IMG/VR virus record: IMGVR_UViG_649633106_000001
Direction: 5' to 3' (one strand)
From: a virus
Lineage: Duplodnaviria > Caudoviricetes
DNA length: 64,000 nt
Below, in pieces: positions 27,214 through 36,427 of the stretch. A program made the translations under genes and the position numbers. The notes under the pieces were generated by a model. The model searched no databases, was not told the origin of the DNA, and saw only the letters and a program-made list of their open reading frames with translations. Position 1 is the stretch's first letter. Each line of letters starts with the position of its first letter.

Positions 27214-28665
27214 CTATTTCTCGAACGCAGCGCCCTGTGTGATTTCCAGACCTGAGCGATACAGCTGAGGGATTTTCCAACTATCGCCGACGCGCTCCAC
27301 AAAACCAATGCGCTGAAGATCCTCGACAATCTTGTCCCACTCTGGACCTAGGAGCTTCTTCAGTGTTTCTCCATTGTGCTCCGCCTTCCCTCGTTGAAAT
27401 GCGCGGATAGAGGATTCGAGACCTGGGTTCTCCGCAATGAGAGAAGTCCGAACTTTGTCCTGGGACATCTGGTCCAGACCGGCTTTCACTGCCGCCGGGC
27501 TGATCAACGAGTCCGACGCTTCATCACCTCCGCGACTCAAAATGTCGGACTCTTTTCGTGCAGCGTTCGTAACGAGAGCATGTAGGTCACGTGGAGTGCG
27601 AATGCCGTTGCCGTCACGTATACGGTTGAAGATCCACGTCCAGCTATCAGACTGGCGGGAGCCGACTTCGATCTGGCCCGAAAAGATGGAAAAAAAGCCC
27701 GCTTGTCGCAAGTCGGGATCGCGCATATCCACTTGGACCAAACCATACTTTTTTTGGATTGATTCATTAAACATGAACCGCTCCATGATCATGGCCAACA
27801 GTTGATCACTGTCCCAGGCCATAGGAGGGGAGGTGCGATCAAGGACGTGAGTGAGTTCTCGGAAACCGCCAGTGCGAGTCACCTGATCGAACAAGTCGGT
27901 GCGGAGGAAGAGCTTCAGGCGGACAGTGTCGTAGCCCATGAAGTCCTTGTAGGCGACTAGTAGTGATTTGAGGGCTGCTTGCTCCAACGCTGGTTCATCC
28001 TGAAATGCCGCGTCAAGTCGATCAACCAGAACCCAGCAACGCTGGCTTTGAGCTTTGAGGGCGTCTGAGCACAGGCGCAACGCCTCGGGAAAATCTACAA
28101 CTGCGTGCGGCTTATCTGTCCAAATCGCCGGTGGCGCATCTGGAAACTCAGCCATCAGGCCCTCGGCACTGACACTGAATTTCTCGACATGAAGAAAGCG
28201 CAGCAGCGACCAGAAGATTTTCTTGTAGTTGCTTGTTGTACGGAATCGGATGCCAACCTTCTCTGCGTACGCGAGTGCAGCTTTAGCTTCGGCAGACGAC
28301 GAACTGGAGAGCGCGTCCAGCACCAGATTCAGGAGATATGTCTTCCAGGCCGCAACAAGTTCGGCTTCACTGAAAGAGTCTTTCTTGATCTGATCGAAAG
28401 CGCGTTTAAACGAGGGCTCCCCGGCGTGCTCAGTCGCAACGTGCAGCAATACGTCCTTGAGCTCGGGGTAGTTTGCTTGTCCACCAGAAACAACACGCAG
28501 CAGAGCCGACTTCCCACTTCCTTTAACGCCGCGGATCAGGTCGTAGCGATCCGTCACGAAGTCGGAGACGGCTACCGTCGGCACGAAATAGCTGGCTAGA
28601 TTGCGATCGTTCTCTGCGACCGACTGGCCGAGGTCTAGACGCGCAAGGATCTCGCTGTTCTTCAT
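27214..28665 (-). CDS. P-loop ATPase (Sll1717/FunZ-like) with C-terminal wHTH
   Basis: LGQSVAEND, GVKGSGKS Walker A, WVLVDRLD Walker B, FLRTDLF, TPRDL; GGAGA SD; lower GC. Confidence 0.85.
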   Translation of the reverse strand: MKNSEILARLDLGQSVAENDRNLASYFVPTVAVSDFVTDRYDLIRGVKGSGKSALLRVVSGGQANYPELKDVLLHVATEHAGEPSFKRAFDQIKKDSFSEAELVAAWKTYLLNLVLDALSSSSSAEAKAALAYAEKVGIRFRTTSNYKKIFWSLLRFLHVEKFSVSAEGLMAEFPDAPPAIWTDKPHAVVDFPEALRLCSDALKAQSQRCWVLVDRLDAAFQDEPALEQAALKSLLVAYKDFMGYDTVRLKLFLRTDLFDQVTRTGGFRELTHVLDRTSPPMAWDSDQLLAMIMERFMFNESIQKKYGLVQVDMRDPDLRQAGFFSIFSGQIEVGSRQSDSWTWIFNRIRDGNGIRTPRDLHALVTNAARKESDILSRGGDEASDSLISPAAVKAGLDQMSQDKVRTSLIAENPGLESSIRAFQRGKAEHNGETLKKLLGPEWDKIVEDLQRIGFVERVGDSWKIPQLYRSGLEITQGAAFEK

Positions 28666-28707
28666 GACTTCTCCAAGTTTGGAGTGGGATGCTACCGCGT
28701 GGCGCAG

Positions 28708-28749
28708 CCCCCTGTAGGGTTTCCTCTTTGCAGCCCGCTTCTTGAAACT
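28708..28749 (+). promoter_or_regulatory. Late promoter motif copy 2 (scaffold/capsid operon)
   Basis: CCCCCTGTAGGGTT, GAAACT at +29. Confidence 0.7.
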
Positions 28750-28891
28750 GCCCCTCAAGCACCGCGCGCGAGCGTTGGGGCGACGTCACGGTGGCAACAC
28801 CGTGGATTCAAGGCAGATGGCGCGGGCCCACGTGGCTCGCACCGGATTGCTGGCCCCCATTGCGGCCACGGCGATATGTGGCGGGACAGGC

Positions 28892-29971
28892 ATGACGACA
28901 TCCAACGACTTTTTCCAGAACAACGAAATCACTGGCGCACTGACGCCGCAGCAGGCTGCGCAGCTCCTCGAGCTCGCATCGGGCGATACCAGCTTCGGGC
29001 TGGACGACGGTGGCGCGCCCGCGACCACCACTGCTGCAGACGCCGCCGCTTCTACCGAAGCGGGTGCCGCCAACACGAACAGCAGCGCAGCCGCTACGGC
29101 AGCTTCGCCTGCACCTTCCCCCGCTCCAGCGCCCGCCGCGGCGCCGGCAGCAGCTCCCGCAGCCGAGCTCGATGCGTCCAACGCCGTCTTGCTCGCGAAG
29201 GATGGCAAGCACACCATCCCCTACGAGAAGCTGGTGCAGGCTCGCGAGGGCGAACAGCACTGGAAGGCGCAAGCGGAGACGGCCCAGCGCCAACTCGCTG
29301 ACCTGCAAACCCAAGCGCAACAGCGCGCTGAAGCGGGGCAAGCGCCGACGAAGACGGACAACCAGGTGGCGGCTGCGCAAGCGGCGATCGCCAGCGGGGT
29401 GGACCCCGCCCTCTTCGGTGACTTCTCCGAGGAGGCGTTGGCGAAGGGCATCGCGACGCTGGTAGACCAACGCGTGGAGGAGCGGATCAGCAAGGCGATC
29501 GCTCCCCTGCAACAACACCAGCAGCGCAGTGCGCATGACGCGCACTTCGACACCATCTACAAAGCGCACCCCGACGCGGATTCCGTGGCGGAGAGTGCCG
29601 AGCTGAAGGCGTGGATCGCCAGTCAGCCCAGCTACGTGCAGCCCACGCTGCACGAGGTGCTGGCGAAGGGCAGCGCGCAGAAGGTGGTCGAGCTGTTCAA
29701 CGACTTCAAGAAGGCCACCGCCGCACCTGCGGCGGCTCCGGCTCCTGGAAAAGGCCAAGCCGCCGTGACCGATCCCAAGGTCGCGGCGCAAGCCGCCATC
29801 GCTGCCGCGGCACCAGCCGTGCCGGCCTCCCTCTCGGACATCCCGGGCGGGCGGGCCGACGCGCTGTCGCCGCACGAGCGACTGGCGGCTATGGACCCCG
29901 TATCGATGGCCGATGCCATGCAAGGCATGTCGCCGGCGCAGATCGATGCGTTCCTGAACCGATCCCTGTGA
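28892..29971 (+). CDS. Capsid scaffolding protein
   Basis: Ala/Gln-rich helical protein directly before the capsid gene; KDGKHTIPYEKL. Confidence 0.8.
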   Translation: MTTSNDFFQNNEITGALTPQQAAQLLELASGDTSFGLDDGGAPATTTAADAAASTEAGAANTNSSAAATAASPAPSPAPAPAAAPAAAPAAELDASNAVLLAKDGKHTIPYEKLVQAREGEQHWKAQAETAQRQLADLQTQAQQRAEAGQAPTKTDNQVAAAQAAIASGVDPALFGDFSEEALAKGIATLVDQRVEERISKAIAPLQQHQQRSAHDAHFDTIYKAHPDADSVAESAELKAWIASQPSYVQPTLHEVLAKGSAQKVVELFNDFKKATAAPAAAPAPGKGQAAVTDPKVAAQAAIAAAAPAVPASLSDIPGGRADALSPHERLAAMDPVSMADAMQGMSPAQIDAFLNRSL

Positions 29972-30011
29972 GCCGTCAGGCCCACGCAGCACCACACACA
30001 AGGAGGTCTTG

Positions 30012-31301
30012 ATGACCGCAACGAAGACGCAAACCGCGTATGGCGACCCGAAAGCGATGGTCCAGCAAGCAGCTGGCGTATTCGCCGTCAGCCAGCAACG
30101 CAACACCACCATGAACCGGCTGGTCGGCAAGATGCCGAAGCTGGAAGGTGCGATCAGCACGATCAAGAAGCAGTCCAGCAACCACATGCCGATCGTGCAG
30201 GCGCAGGACCTGGGCCAGGGCAAGGGCGACGAGGTGAAGTTCAACCTCATCAACCCGAGCGGCGGTTACCCGATCATGGGCAGCGCGTACGCCAAGGGTC
30301 GCGGCGTGGGCATCAAGCTGTCCGAAGACCGCCTGCGCGTCAATCAGGCGCGCTTCCCGATCGACATGGGCGATGTGATGTCGCAGATCCGCAGTCCGGT
30401 CGACCTGCGCCGTGTCGGGCGCCCGCTCGCGCAACAGAAGATGGACGACTATCTGGACCAGTCGATCCTGGTCCACGCGGCGGGCGCGCGCGGCTTCCAC
30501 GACAACATCGAGTGGCGTGTGCCGGTCGAGACGCACCCGGCGTTCTCCGAGATCCTGGTCAACCGGGTCAAGGCGCCGACCAAGAACCGCCACTTCATGG
30601 CCAAGGCCGGCGCGATCGACCAGTTCACCGTCAATGCCGGTGAACTCGACATCGCTTCGACCGACCTACTGAAGATGGGAACCGTCGATGCAGTTCGCAC
30701 CTACATCGACCAGATTCCGCTGCCGCCGCCCCCCGTCAAGTTCGACGACGACCAGGCCGCGACCGACAGCCCGATCCGCGTGATGTTGCTTTCGCCTGCG
30801 CAGTACAGCGGCTTCGCTACGGACCCGGCCTTCCGCAACTTCCAGGCGAATGCGGTGGCACGTGCGCGTCTGGCCAAGGACCACCCGCTGTTCCTGATGG
30901 AAGCTGGTCTGTGGGGCGGCATCTTGATGGTCAAGATGCCCAAGCCGATTCGCTTCTACGCCGGCGACACCATCCGGTACTGCGCTGCCTATGACACCGA
31001 GGTGGAGTCGAGTGCCGTCGTGCCGGCCAGCTTCACCACGAAGTTCGCCATCGACCGCGCCATCCTGATGGGCGGCCAGGGCCTGGCGCAGGCCTTCGGT
31101 GCCTCGGAGCACAGTGGCATGCCGTTCTTCTGGAGCGAAGAGAAGGACGACCACGGCGACAAGCTCGAAATCCTGATCGGCGCGATCTTGGGCATGTCCA
31201 AGGTTCGCTTCGCGATCGACCACGGCGATGAGACCCAGTTCACCGACCACGGTGTGACGGTCCTCGACACGGTGGTGCCGATCATCAAGCCGCGCGGCTG
31301 A
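30012..31301 (+). CDS. Major capsid protein (N4-gp56-like / DUF4043)
   Basis: AAGGAGG SD; DL..GKGDEV.F, HAAGARG, AILMGGQGLA; position. Confidence 0.88.
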   Translation: MTATKTQTAYGDPKAMVQQAAGVFAVSQQRNTTMNRLVGKMPKLEGAISTIKKQSSNHMPIVQAQDLGQGKGDEVKFNLINPSGGYPIMGSAYAKGRGVGIKLSEDRLRVNQARFPIDMGDVMSQIRSPVDLRRVGRPLAQQKMDDYLDQSILVHAAGARGFHDNIEWRVPVETHPAFSEILVNRVKAPTKNRHFMAKAGAIDQFTVNAGELDIASTDLLKMGTVDAVRTYIDQIPLPPPPVKFDDDQAATDSPIRVMLLSPAQYSGFATDPAFRNFQANAVARARLAKDHPLFLMEAGLWGGILMVKMPKPIRFYAGDTIRYCAAYDTEVESSAVVPASFTTKFAIDRAILMGGQGLAQAFGASEHSGMPFFWSEEKDDHGDKLEILIGAILGMSKVRFAIDHGDETQFTDHGVTVLDTVVPIIKPRG

Positions 31302-31309
31302 TGACCCAG

Positions 31310-31327
31310 GGCCGGGGCAACCCGGCC
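31310..31327 (+). terminator. Hairpin after the capsid gene
   Basis: GGCCGGG GCAA CCCGGCC followed by a pyrimidine tract. Confidence 0.45.
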
Positions 31328-31358
31328 TCTCTCCCTTCACCCCATCAAGGAGCCATAC

Positions 31359-31838
31359 ATGGCCAACATCAAACTCAAGGGACTGGGCATCAACCAGTTC
31401 GGCGGCATGGCCGCCTACGGCAACGTCACCACGTTGCGGGCAACGCTCGAAACCGATGCCACCGGTGCCGCTGTCCGCGCGAATGCGACCACGCCCCTCG
31501 GCGTCGGCGACAAGGTGTACCTGCAGAGCCTGCCGGCCGGATTCCGGCTCGAGGACCTGCAATCGATCGTGTCGACCGCCATGACCGCGGCGGTGACCGG
31601 CTCGATCGGCTTCGAGTACGCCGACGGCGAGGACAGTGCGGAGGTTCCCCAGGACCTTGCCTACTTCGGCGCGGGCATCGTTCTCAATGCCGCCGCTCGC
31701 CTGCGCACGAGCTCGTCGAAGGCGCCGGTAACGCTGGCGAAGGAAGCCTTTCTGGTGCTGACCCTCGCGGGCGCCGCCAACGCCAAGGTCAGCCGCGTCG
31801 ACTTCATCGTCCACGGCGAGCGCCTGGGCGCGAAGTGA
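31359..31838 (+). CDS. Virion protein (probable cement/decoration)
   Basis: AAGGAG SD, beta-rich 159 aa after the capsid gene. Confidence 0.75.
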   Translation: MANIKLKGLGINQFGGMAAYGNVTTLRATLETDATGAAVRANATTPLGVGDKVYLQSLPAGFRLEDLQSIVSTAMTAAVTGSIGFEYADGEDSAEVPQDLAYFGAGIVLNAAARLRTSSSKAPVTLAKEAFLVLTLAGAANAKVSRVDFIVHGERLGAK

Positions 31839-31845
31839 TGTCGAA

Positions 31846-31869
31846 GGGGAAGGCGGCATCGCCTTCCCC
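31846..31869 (+). terminator. GC hairpin (terminator or processing site)
   Basis: GGGGAAGGCG GCAT CGCCTTCCCC followed by TGTTCTCTT. Confidence 0.55.
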
Positions 31870-31893
31870 TGTTCTCTTACTCAAGGAGCTCTC

Positions 31894-32466
31894 ATGCCCA
31901 CCAACACGAATGGCGTGCCCGTGAAGTACATCGGGCGCGAGGACCCGTTCTACGACCGCCTCTATGGTTCGAACCTCCCGTTCGAGCCCGGCCAGGTGCG
32001 CGTCATCACCGACCTGGATCTGGTCGCGAAGTTTCTGCGACACGATGACTGCTTCGAACGAGTCGTGCTCGAGCCTGTGGTCCCGGCTGCCGCGCCCGTG
32101 CTCGCCCCTGCACCCACGCAGTCGCCCGTTGCCCCAACGGGTGAGGGTAGCTCCAGCGAGACCGGTGCCACGTCGCTGACTTCGGCTGCACCGACGGGCG
32201 AGGCGGCCCAGGGTAAGGACGAGTCCACGCAGGTGCCAGAGGACGACACAGAAGCTCGCCTCGCGGCCGCCAAGAAGCTCGAGGACGAGCAGAAGCTGCT
32301 GGAACAGAACCGCCTCGACTTGGTGCAGACGCTGGACTCGATGGACAAAGACGCGCTGCAGAACTTCGCGCGCGACAAGTTCCAGCAAACGGTCCCGAAG
32401 ACCTTGAGCTTGGACAACATGCGCGCGAAAGTCGTCGGGCTGATCGACCAGTTCGGGGTGCAATGA
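31894..32466 (+). CDS. Hypothetical head-region protein
   Basis: AAGGAG SD; VKYIGRE..DRLYG. Confidence 0.75.
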   Translation: MPTNTNGVPVKYIGREDPFYDRLYGSNLPFEPGQVRVITDLDLVAKFLRHDDCFERVVLEPVVPAAAPVLAPAPTQSPVAPTGEGSSSETGATSLTSAAPTGEAAQGKDESTQVPEDDTEARLAAAKKLEDEQKLLEQNRLDLVQTLDSMDKDALQNFARDKFQQTVPKTLSLDNMRAKVVGLIDQFGVQ

Positions 32467-33137
32467 CCACCGACGACCTCATCAAGTCTTTCCGCCTTGA
32501 ATCGGGAGACCAGGCACGCAGCGAAGGCGGCGGCCAGAGCGATGTGCTCTGGTCCGACGAGGAGATCGCAGGCTGGCTCACCGAAGCGGAGGAAGAGGCA
32601 GCCATCCGCAGGCGGCTTCTGCCCGATGAGGTCTCGATCCCGATCACGGCGCCGACGCGGGCCTATTCATTCACCAGCTTCTTCGAGATCACCTACGCCG
32701 AGTTGGTGCCGGCGGCGGGCGATCGCATCGTCCTGAAGATCGTCAGCCGCGACGCGATGAACCGGATCGACCCGGAATGGCGCCGTGCTTCGTGCAAGCC
32801 GCGCACCCTGATTCAGGAAGACGTGCGCATCGTGCTGGCCGGCGAGGTCGCAGAGGCCTACTCGCTCTACCTGGAAGGTTTGCGGCTGCCGAAGAATCCG
32901 CTCAGCGCCGATATTCCAACCGCGACGCCGGAGATTGCACCGGTGCACCATCGCTTCCTGGTGCACTGGGCGCTGCATCGCGCCTATGGCATCCAGGATG
33001 CCGAGGCCTTCGACGCATCGCGCTCCCAGCGCGAGCTGGCCACCTTCGAGCGCTACTTCGGCTTGCGCCCCGATGCCGACCTTCGCAAGGATGCCCGCGC
33101 CGACGAGCCGCACCAAACCATCGTGTGGCGGTTCTGA
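32463..33137 (+). CDS. Head-tail adaptor-like protein (DUF6682-like)
   Basis: LWSDEEIAGWL.EA, PEIAPVHH..LVHWALHRAY..QDAE. Confidence 0.75.
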   Translation: MTTDDLIKSFRLESGDQARSEGGGQSDVLWSDEEIAGWLTEAEEEAAIRRRLLPDEVSIPITAPTRAYSFTSFFEITYAELVPAAGDRIVLKIVSRDAMNRIDPEWRRASCKPRTLIQEDVRIVLAGEVAEAYSLYLEGLRLPKNPLSADIPTATPEIAPVHHRFLVHWALHRAYGIQDAEAFDASRSQRELATFERYFGLRPDADLRKDARADEPHQTIVWRF

Positions 33138-34360
33138 TGGCGCGAGACGTACCTGTCGGTCCGTTCCTCGGCCTGAACAACAAGCTCCGCCCGACCGAGC
33201 TGGATGCCGCGCAGCGCGACTCCAAAGGCGCGCGCTACCTTTATGGCGCCGACAACGTCGACCTCACGGGCAGGGGCGGCCTCAAGCGCCGCGAAGGCTT
33301 CAGCTTGCAACTTGCTGGCGCCGTGCATTCGCTGTGGAGCGATCCGCTCGGTGCCTTCGCCATGGTCGATGACGACCTGTGCGCGCTGTCGCCCGCTGGC
33401 GCCGGCCTTGCCGCCACGGTGCTGCGCGCCGGCTTGCCGAAGATGCCCGTCAGCTACGCGCGGGCGGCCAACGGCATCGTGTCGTGGAGCAACGGGCTCG
33501 AGCTGCGCTGCATCGTCGACGGCGTGGACTACCCGATGTCGGCCGCGCCGGCCCTGTCGCCCGAGGTGGTGGCCAGCGCTGGCGGTGCGCTGCCGGAGGG
33601 CTTGTACATCGTTGCCTTCACCTGGTCGGGCCCGCAAGGGGAGAGCGCGCCGACGCACGCTGTGCAGATCGAGGTCCCGGATGGCGGGCGCATCGACATC
33701 GCCGACGCCGCGGGCGCCACCGTGTGGCTGTCCGGCCCGAACGGCGATCACGTCTCCAGCTACGGCATCGTCACCTCGGTGGCCGTGCTGGCGCCCGGCG
33801 GCCGGGTCTCGCGCACGCTCAACACCGCGCCGATGCCGGCCGGCCACATCGTGCGCATGCACAACGGCAGCCTGCTCGTGGCGCACGAGAACATCGTCTT
33901 CGTGTCGGTGCCCTACGCCAGTGGCATCTACCAGCCCGCGCGGGGCTACGTGCCATTCCCCTCGAAGGTCACGGTGATGGAACCCGTCGAAGGTGGCGTC
34001 TACGTCTGCACCGAGCAGAAGACGTATTGGATCACCGACTTCTTCGGCGAAGCCGCGCTGGTGCCTCGCTTCCCCTTCGGAGCCATCCCCGGCACCGGTG
34101 TTTTCTCACCCGAAGAGTTCAAGGCGTACTGGCAGACACCCCAGGGCCTCGCATCCGGCGATGCCCTGGGCACCGTTGAGCTGCTTCAGGCCAACGCACT
34201 CCGCCTGCCGCCGGCCTCGTTCGGCGCAACCCTGTACCGCATGCGAGACGGCCGTTCCAGCGTCGTCACCACCCGCAACGGTGTTCAACCCAACCGCGCC
34301 GCAGCCCTTGCGTGGGCCGATGCGGACGTGATCCGAAAGGAAACCTCCGATGACCTCTGA
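33137..34360 (+). CDS. Tail nozzle/stabilisation-like virion protein
   Basis: FLGLNN..ADNVDL..GGLKRREG N-terminus typical of podoviral nozzle proteins. Confidence 0.7.
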   Translation: MARDVPVGPFLGLNNKLRPTELDAAQRDSKGARYLYGADNVDLTGRGGLKRREGFSLQLAGAVHSLWSDPLGAFAMVDDDLCALSPAGAGLAATVLRAGLPKMPVSYARAANGIVSWSNGLELRCIVDGVDYPMSAAPALSPEVVASAGGALPEGLYIVAFTWSGPQGESAPTHAVQIEVPDGGRIDIADAAGATVWLSGPNGDHVSSYGIVTSVAVLAPGGRVSRTLNTAPMPAGHIVRMHNGSLLVAHENIVFVSVPYASGIYQPARGYVPFPSKVTVMEPVEGGVYVCTEQKTYWITDFFGEAALVPRFPFGAIPGTGVFSPEEFKAYWQTPQGLASGDALGTVELLQANALRLPPASFGATLYRMRDGRSSVVTTRNGVQPNRAAALAWADADVIRKETSDDL

Positions 34361-34850
34361 AATCAAGACTGGCGTGACCTACACCACCGAGGTGGTGGCG
34401 CCGGACGGCTCCGTGTCGCAGTGCTCGGTCGAGCACAACCTGGTGCCCATCGAGGGGCTGAACCATATGGCCGCCGGCACCTTCAAGAACGGTGCTCAGG
34501 TGGGCACCTGGTACATCGCGCCGTTCGAGGGCGACTACACGCCGACGCCTGACGACAAGGCCGCAACCATCGCGGCAGCGGCGCAGGAGAGTACGGCCTA
34601 CAGCGCGGCAGCGCGCCTGGAGTTTGTAGAAGGCGCTGTGAACAACGGCGCAGTGGACAACTCGGCAAACAAGGCCGAATTCGTCTTCAACGCGCCCAAG
34701 GTCATCCGCGGTGTCTTCCTGGTGTCGGCCTCACCCAAGGGCGCCAACACCGGCACGCTGATCTCTGTCGTGCGCTTCGCTTCCCAGAAGACCGTGGACG
34801 CCGGCAGCACGCTGCGCGTGGTCGCTGGCTTCGCTTTCGCTTCCGTTTAA
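34350..34850 (+). CDS. Virion/tail protein
   Basis: HNLVPIEGLNHM; in the structural operon. Confidence 0.7.
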   Translation: MTSEIKTGVTYTTEVVAPDGSVSQCSVEHNLVPIEGLNHMAAGTFKNGAQVGTWYIAPFEGDYTPTPDDKAATIAAAAQESTAYSAAARLEFVEGAVNNGAVDNSANKAEFVFNAPKVIRGVFLVSASPKGANTGTLISVVRFASQKTVDAGSTLRVVAGFAFASV

Positions 34851-34861
34851 GGAGATACCTC

Positions 34862-35290
34862 ATGAAGCTCTCAATCGCTCAACGCAACTCCATGCTGGCA
34901 AAGCTCAAAGCCGATCTGGACGGCGGAGAGATCCGCATCTACGCCGGGGCGATCCCGGACGACGCCGAAGACGCCATCGGCGGCGCTACGCTGCTCGTGA
35001 CCATCAAGAACGGTGGCAGCGGACTCACCTTCGCGGCGCCGAGCGATGGCGTGATGCTGAAGGCGGCTGGCGAGACCTGGTCGGGCACCAGCGTGGCGAC
35101 GGGCACGGCGTCGTTCTACCGGCACGTCCTCTCGGCAGACGACGGTTCCGCCTCGGCCTCGGCATTGCGCCTGCAGGGTTCGGTGGGCCTGGCTGGCGCC
35201 GATATGAATCTGACTTCTGTGGCGCTGGTCAGCGGCGTTACGGCGCCGCCCATCACTTACTACAACGTCGGCTCGCCCAAGGGCATGTAA
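34862..35290 (+). CDS. Virion/tail protein
   Basis: AAGGAG SD; IRIYAG.P..A..ATGTASFYR..RLQGSVG. Confidence 0.75.
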   Translation: MKLSIAQRNSMLAKLKADLDGGEIRIYAGAIPDDAEDAIGGATLLVTIKNGGSGLTFAAPSDGVMLKAAGETWSGTSVATGTASFYRHVLSADDGSASASALRLQGSVGLAGADMNLTSVALVSGVTAPPITYYNVGSPKGM

Positions 35291-35329
35291 GAAGTGCCGG
35301 TTGGCACGGCATCAGAGCAGCGATAAACA

Positions 35330-36427
35330 ATGGCGACGCTTCCCGCAACCTATGACGTTCGCGACGACTTCAATGTCGATGCGGACCTGTCGGACAACGC
35401 CAGTCTGATCTCGTCGTCAACCGGTGCTGCGGGCATCTCACCGGCTTGGAATGGCAACTACACGGAAGTGACTGTCTCGGGCGGGCGCCTGAACAGTATC
35501 ACCACGCTGGCTAACGTCCTTCTGAACATCAGTCCCGACGTTGTCGGATTTACCAGCCGCAACCTCGTCGGCATGACCGTCGAGGCTGAGTTCAGCACGC
35601 CGGGGTCGAACTTCTCGATGCTGCGCATCACTGCGTTCAACGAGGACTTCTCTGCCGCAGTTGGACCGGGCATTCAGCTCAACAGCTCGGGGAGTGTCTT
35701 CTTCGGTCTTGAGGGTGACCTCGACACGATGTCGCCTCCGCCTGCGTCGGCAGCCACCCACATCCTGAAGATGGTCGTGACGGCGGGGTACGACATCGAG
35801 TTCTACGTGGATGGCGTCCTTGCCGGAACGCGAAGCCTCCCGGCGACCACGCAGTGGCGGTGGGAAGTCCCTATCAGTATCCGCAACGGTGGTTACGTGG
35901 AGTACATCCACGTCTTCGGCAACGACATTCTGGAAAGCTCTGCGCCTCCCGCGCCCGCGCCGCCGTTCTGGACTGGCTTCGTCAACTCGTACGAGGTGGG
36001 CGGTGCGGCAGCAGCACCGCCACCGCCTGATCCCGAACCGGGCGAACCGGGCGAGTCGCACACGAATCCGATTGACGTTGATGTGCCCTTCGAGTTGCCA
36101 TTGCCCGCATTGGATGGCACACCGGTCTGGCTCCGTATCACGCCGGGGAGCGGGAACTGGAAGTTCTCGACCGCCACGTCTCCTGACCCGGAGATTTTCG
36201 ACACGTTTCTTGCACTCTATGACTCCTTCGGGAACCTGATCGCTTCCAACGAAGACATCAATTCTGGTGGCAGCGACTACCGGTCCGAGATCATCGAGAC
36301 ACTCGTGGCGGGGACGTACTTCCTCGTGATCTCGACGTTTGAGGGCTCGGCCGACAACGACTGGGCTGTGACGGGTGGAACGACCAATGTTCCCGAAGGA
36401 GCGGTGCTTGTCATCGAAGAGGTATGA
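35330..36427 (+). CDS. Two-domain tail accessory protein (lectin-like + PPC/DVUA0089-like)
   Basis: FDTFLALYDSFGNLIASNED..SEI..LVAGTYFLVISTF; Pro-rich linker. Confidence 0.65.
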   Translation: MATLPATYDVRDDFNVDADLSDNASLISSSTGAAGISPAWNGNYTEVTVSGGRLNSITTLANVLLNISPDVVGFTSRNLVGMTVEAEFSTPGSNFSMLRITAFNEDFSAAVGPGIQLNSSGSVFFGLEGDLDTMSPPPASAATHILKMVVTAGYDIEFYVDGVLAGTRSLPATTQWRWEVPISIRNGGYVEYIHVFGNDILESSAPPAPAPPFWTGFVNSYEVGGAAAAPPPPDPEPGEPGESHTNPIDVDVPFELPLPALDGTPVWLRITPGSGNWKFSTATSPDPEIFDTFLALYDSFGNLIASNEDINSGGSDYRSEIIETLVAGTYFLVISTFEGSADNDWAVTGGTTNVPEGAVLVIEEV

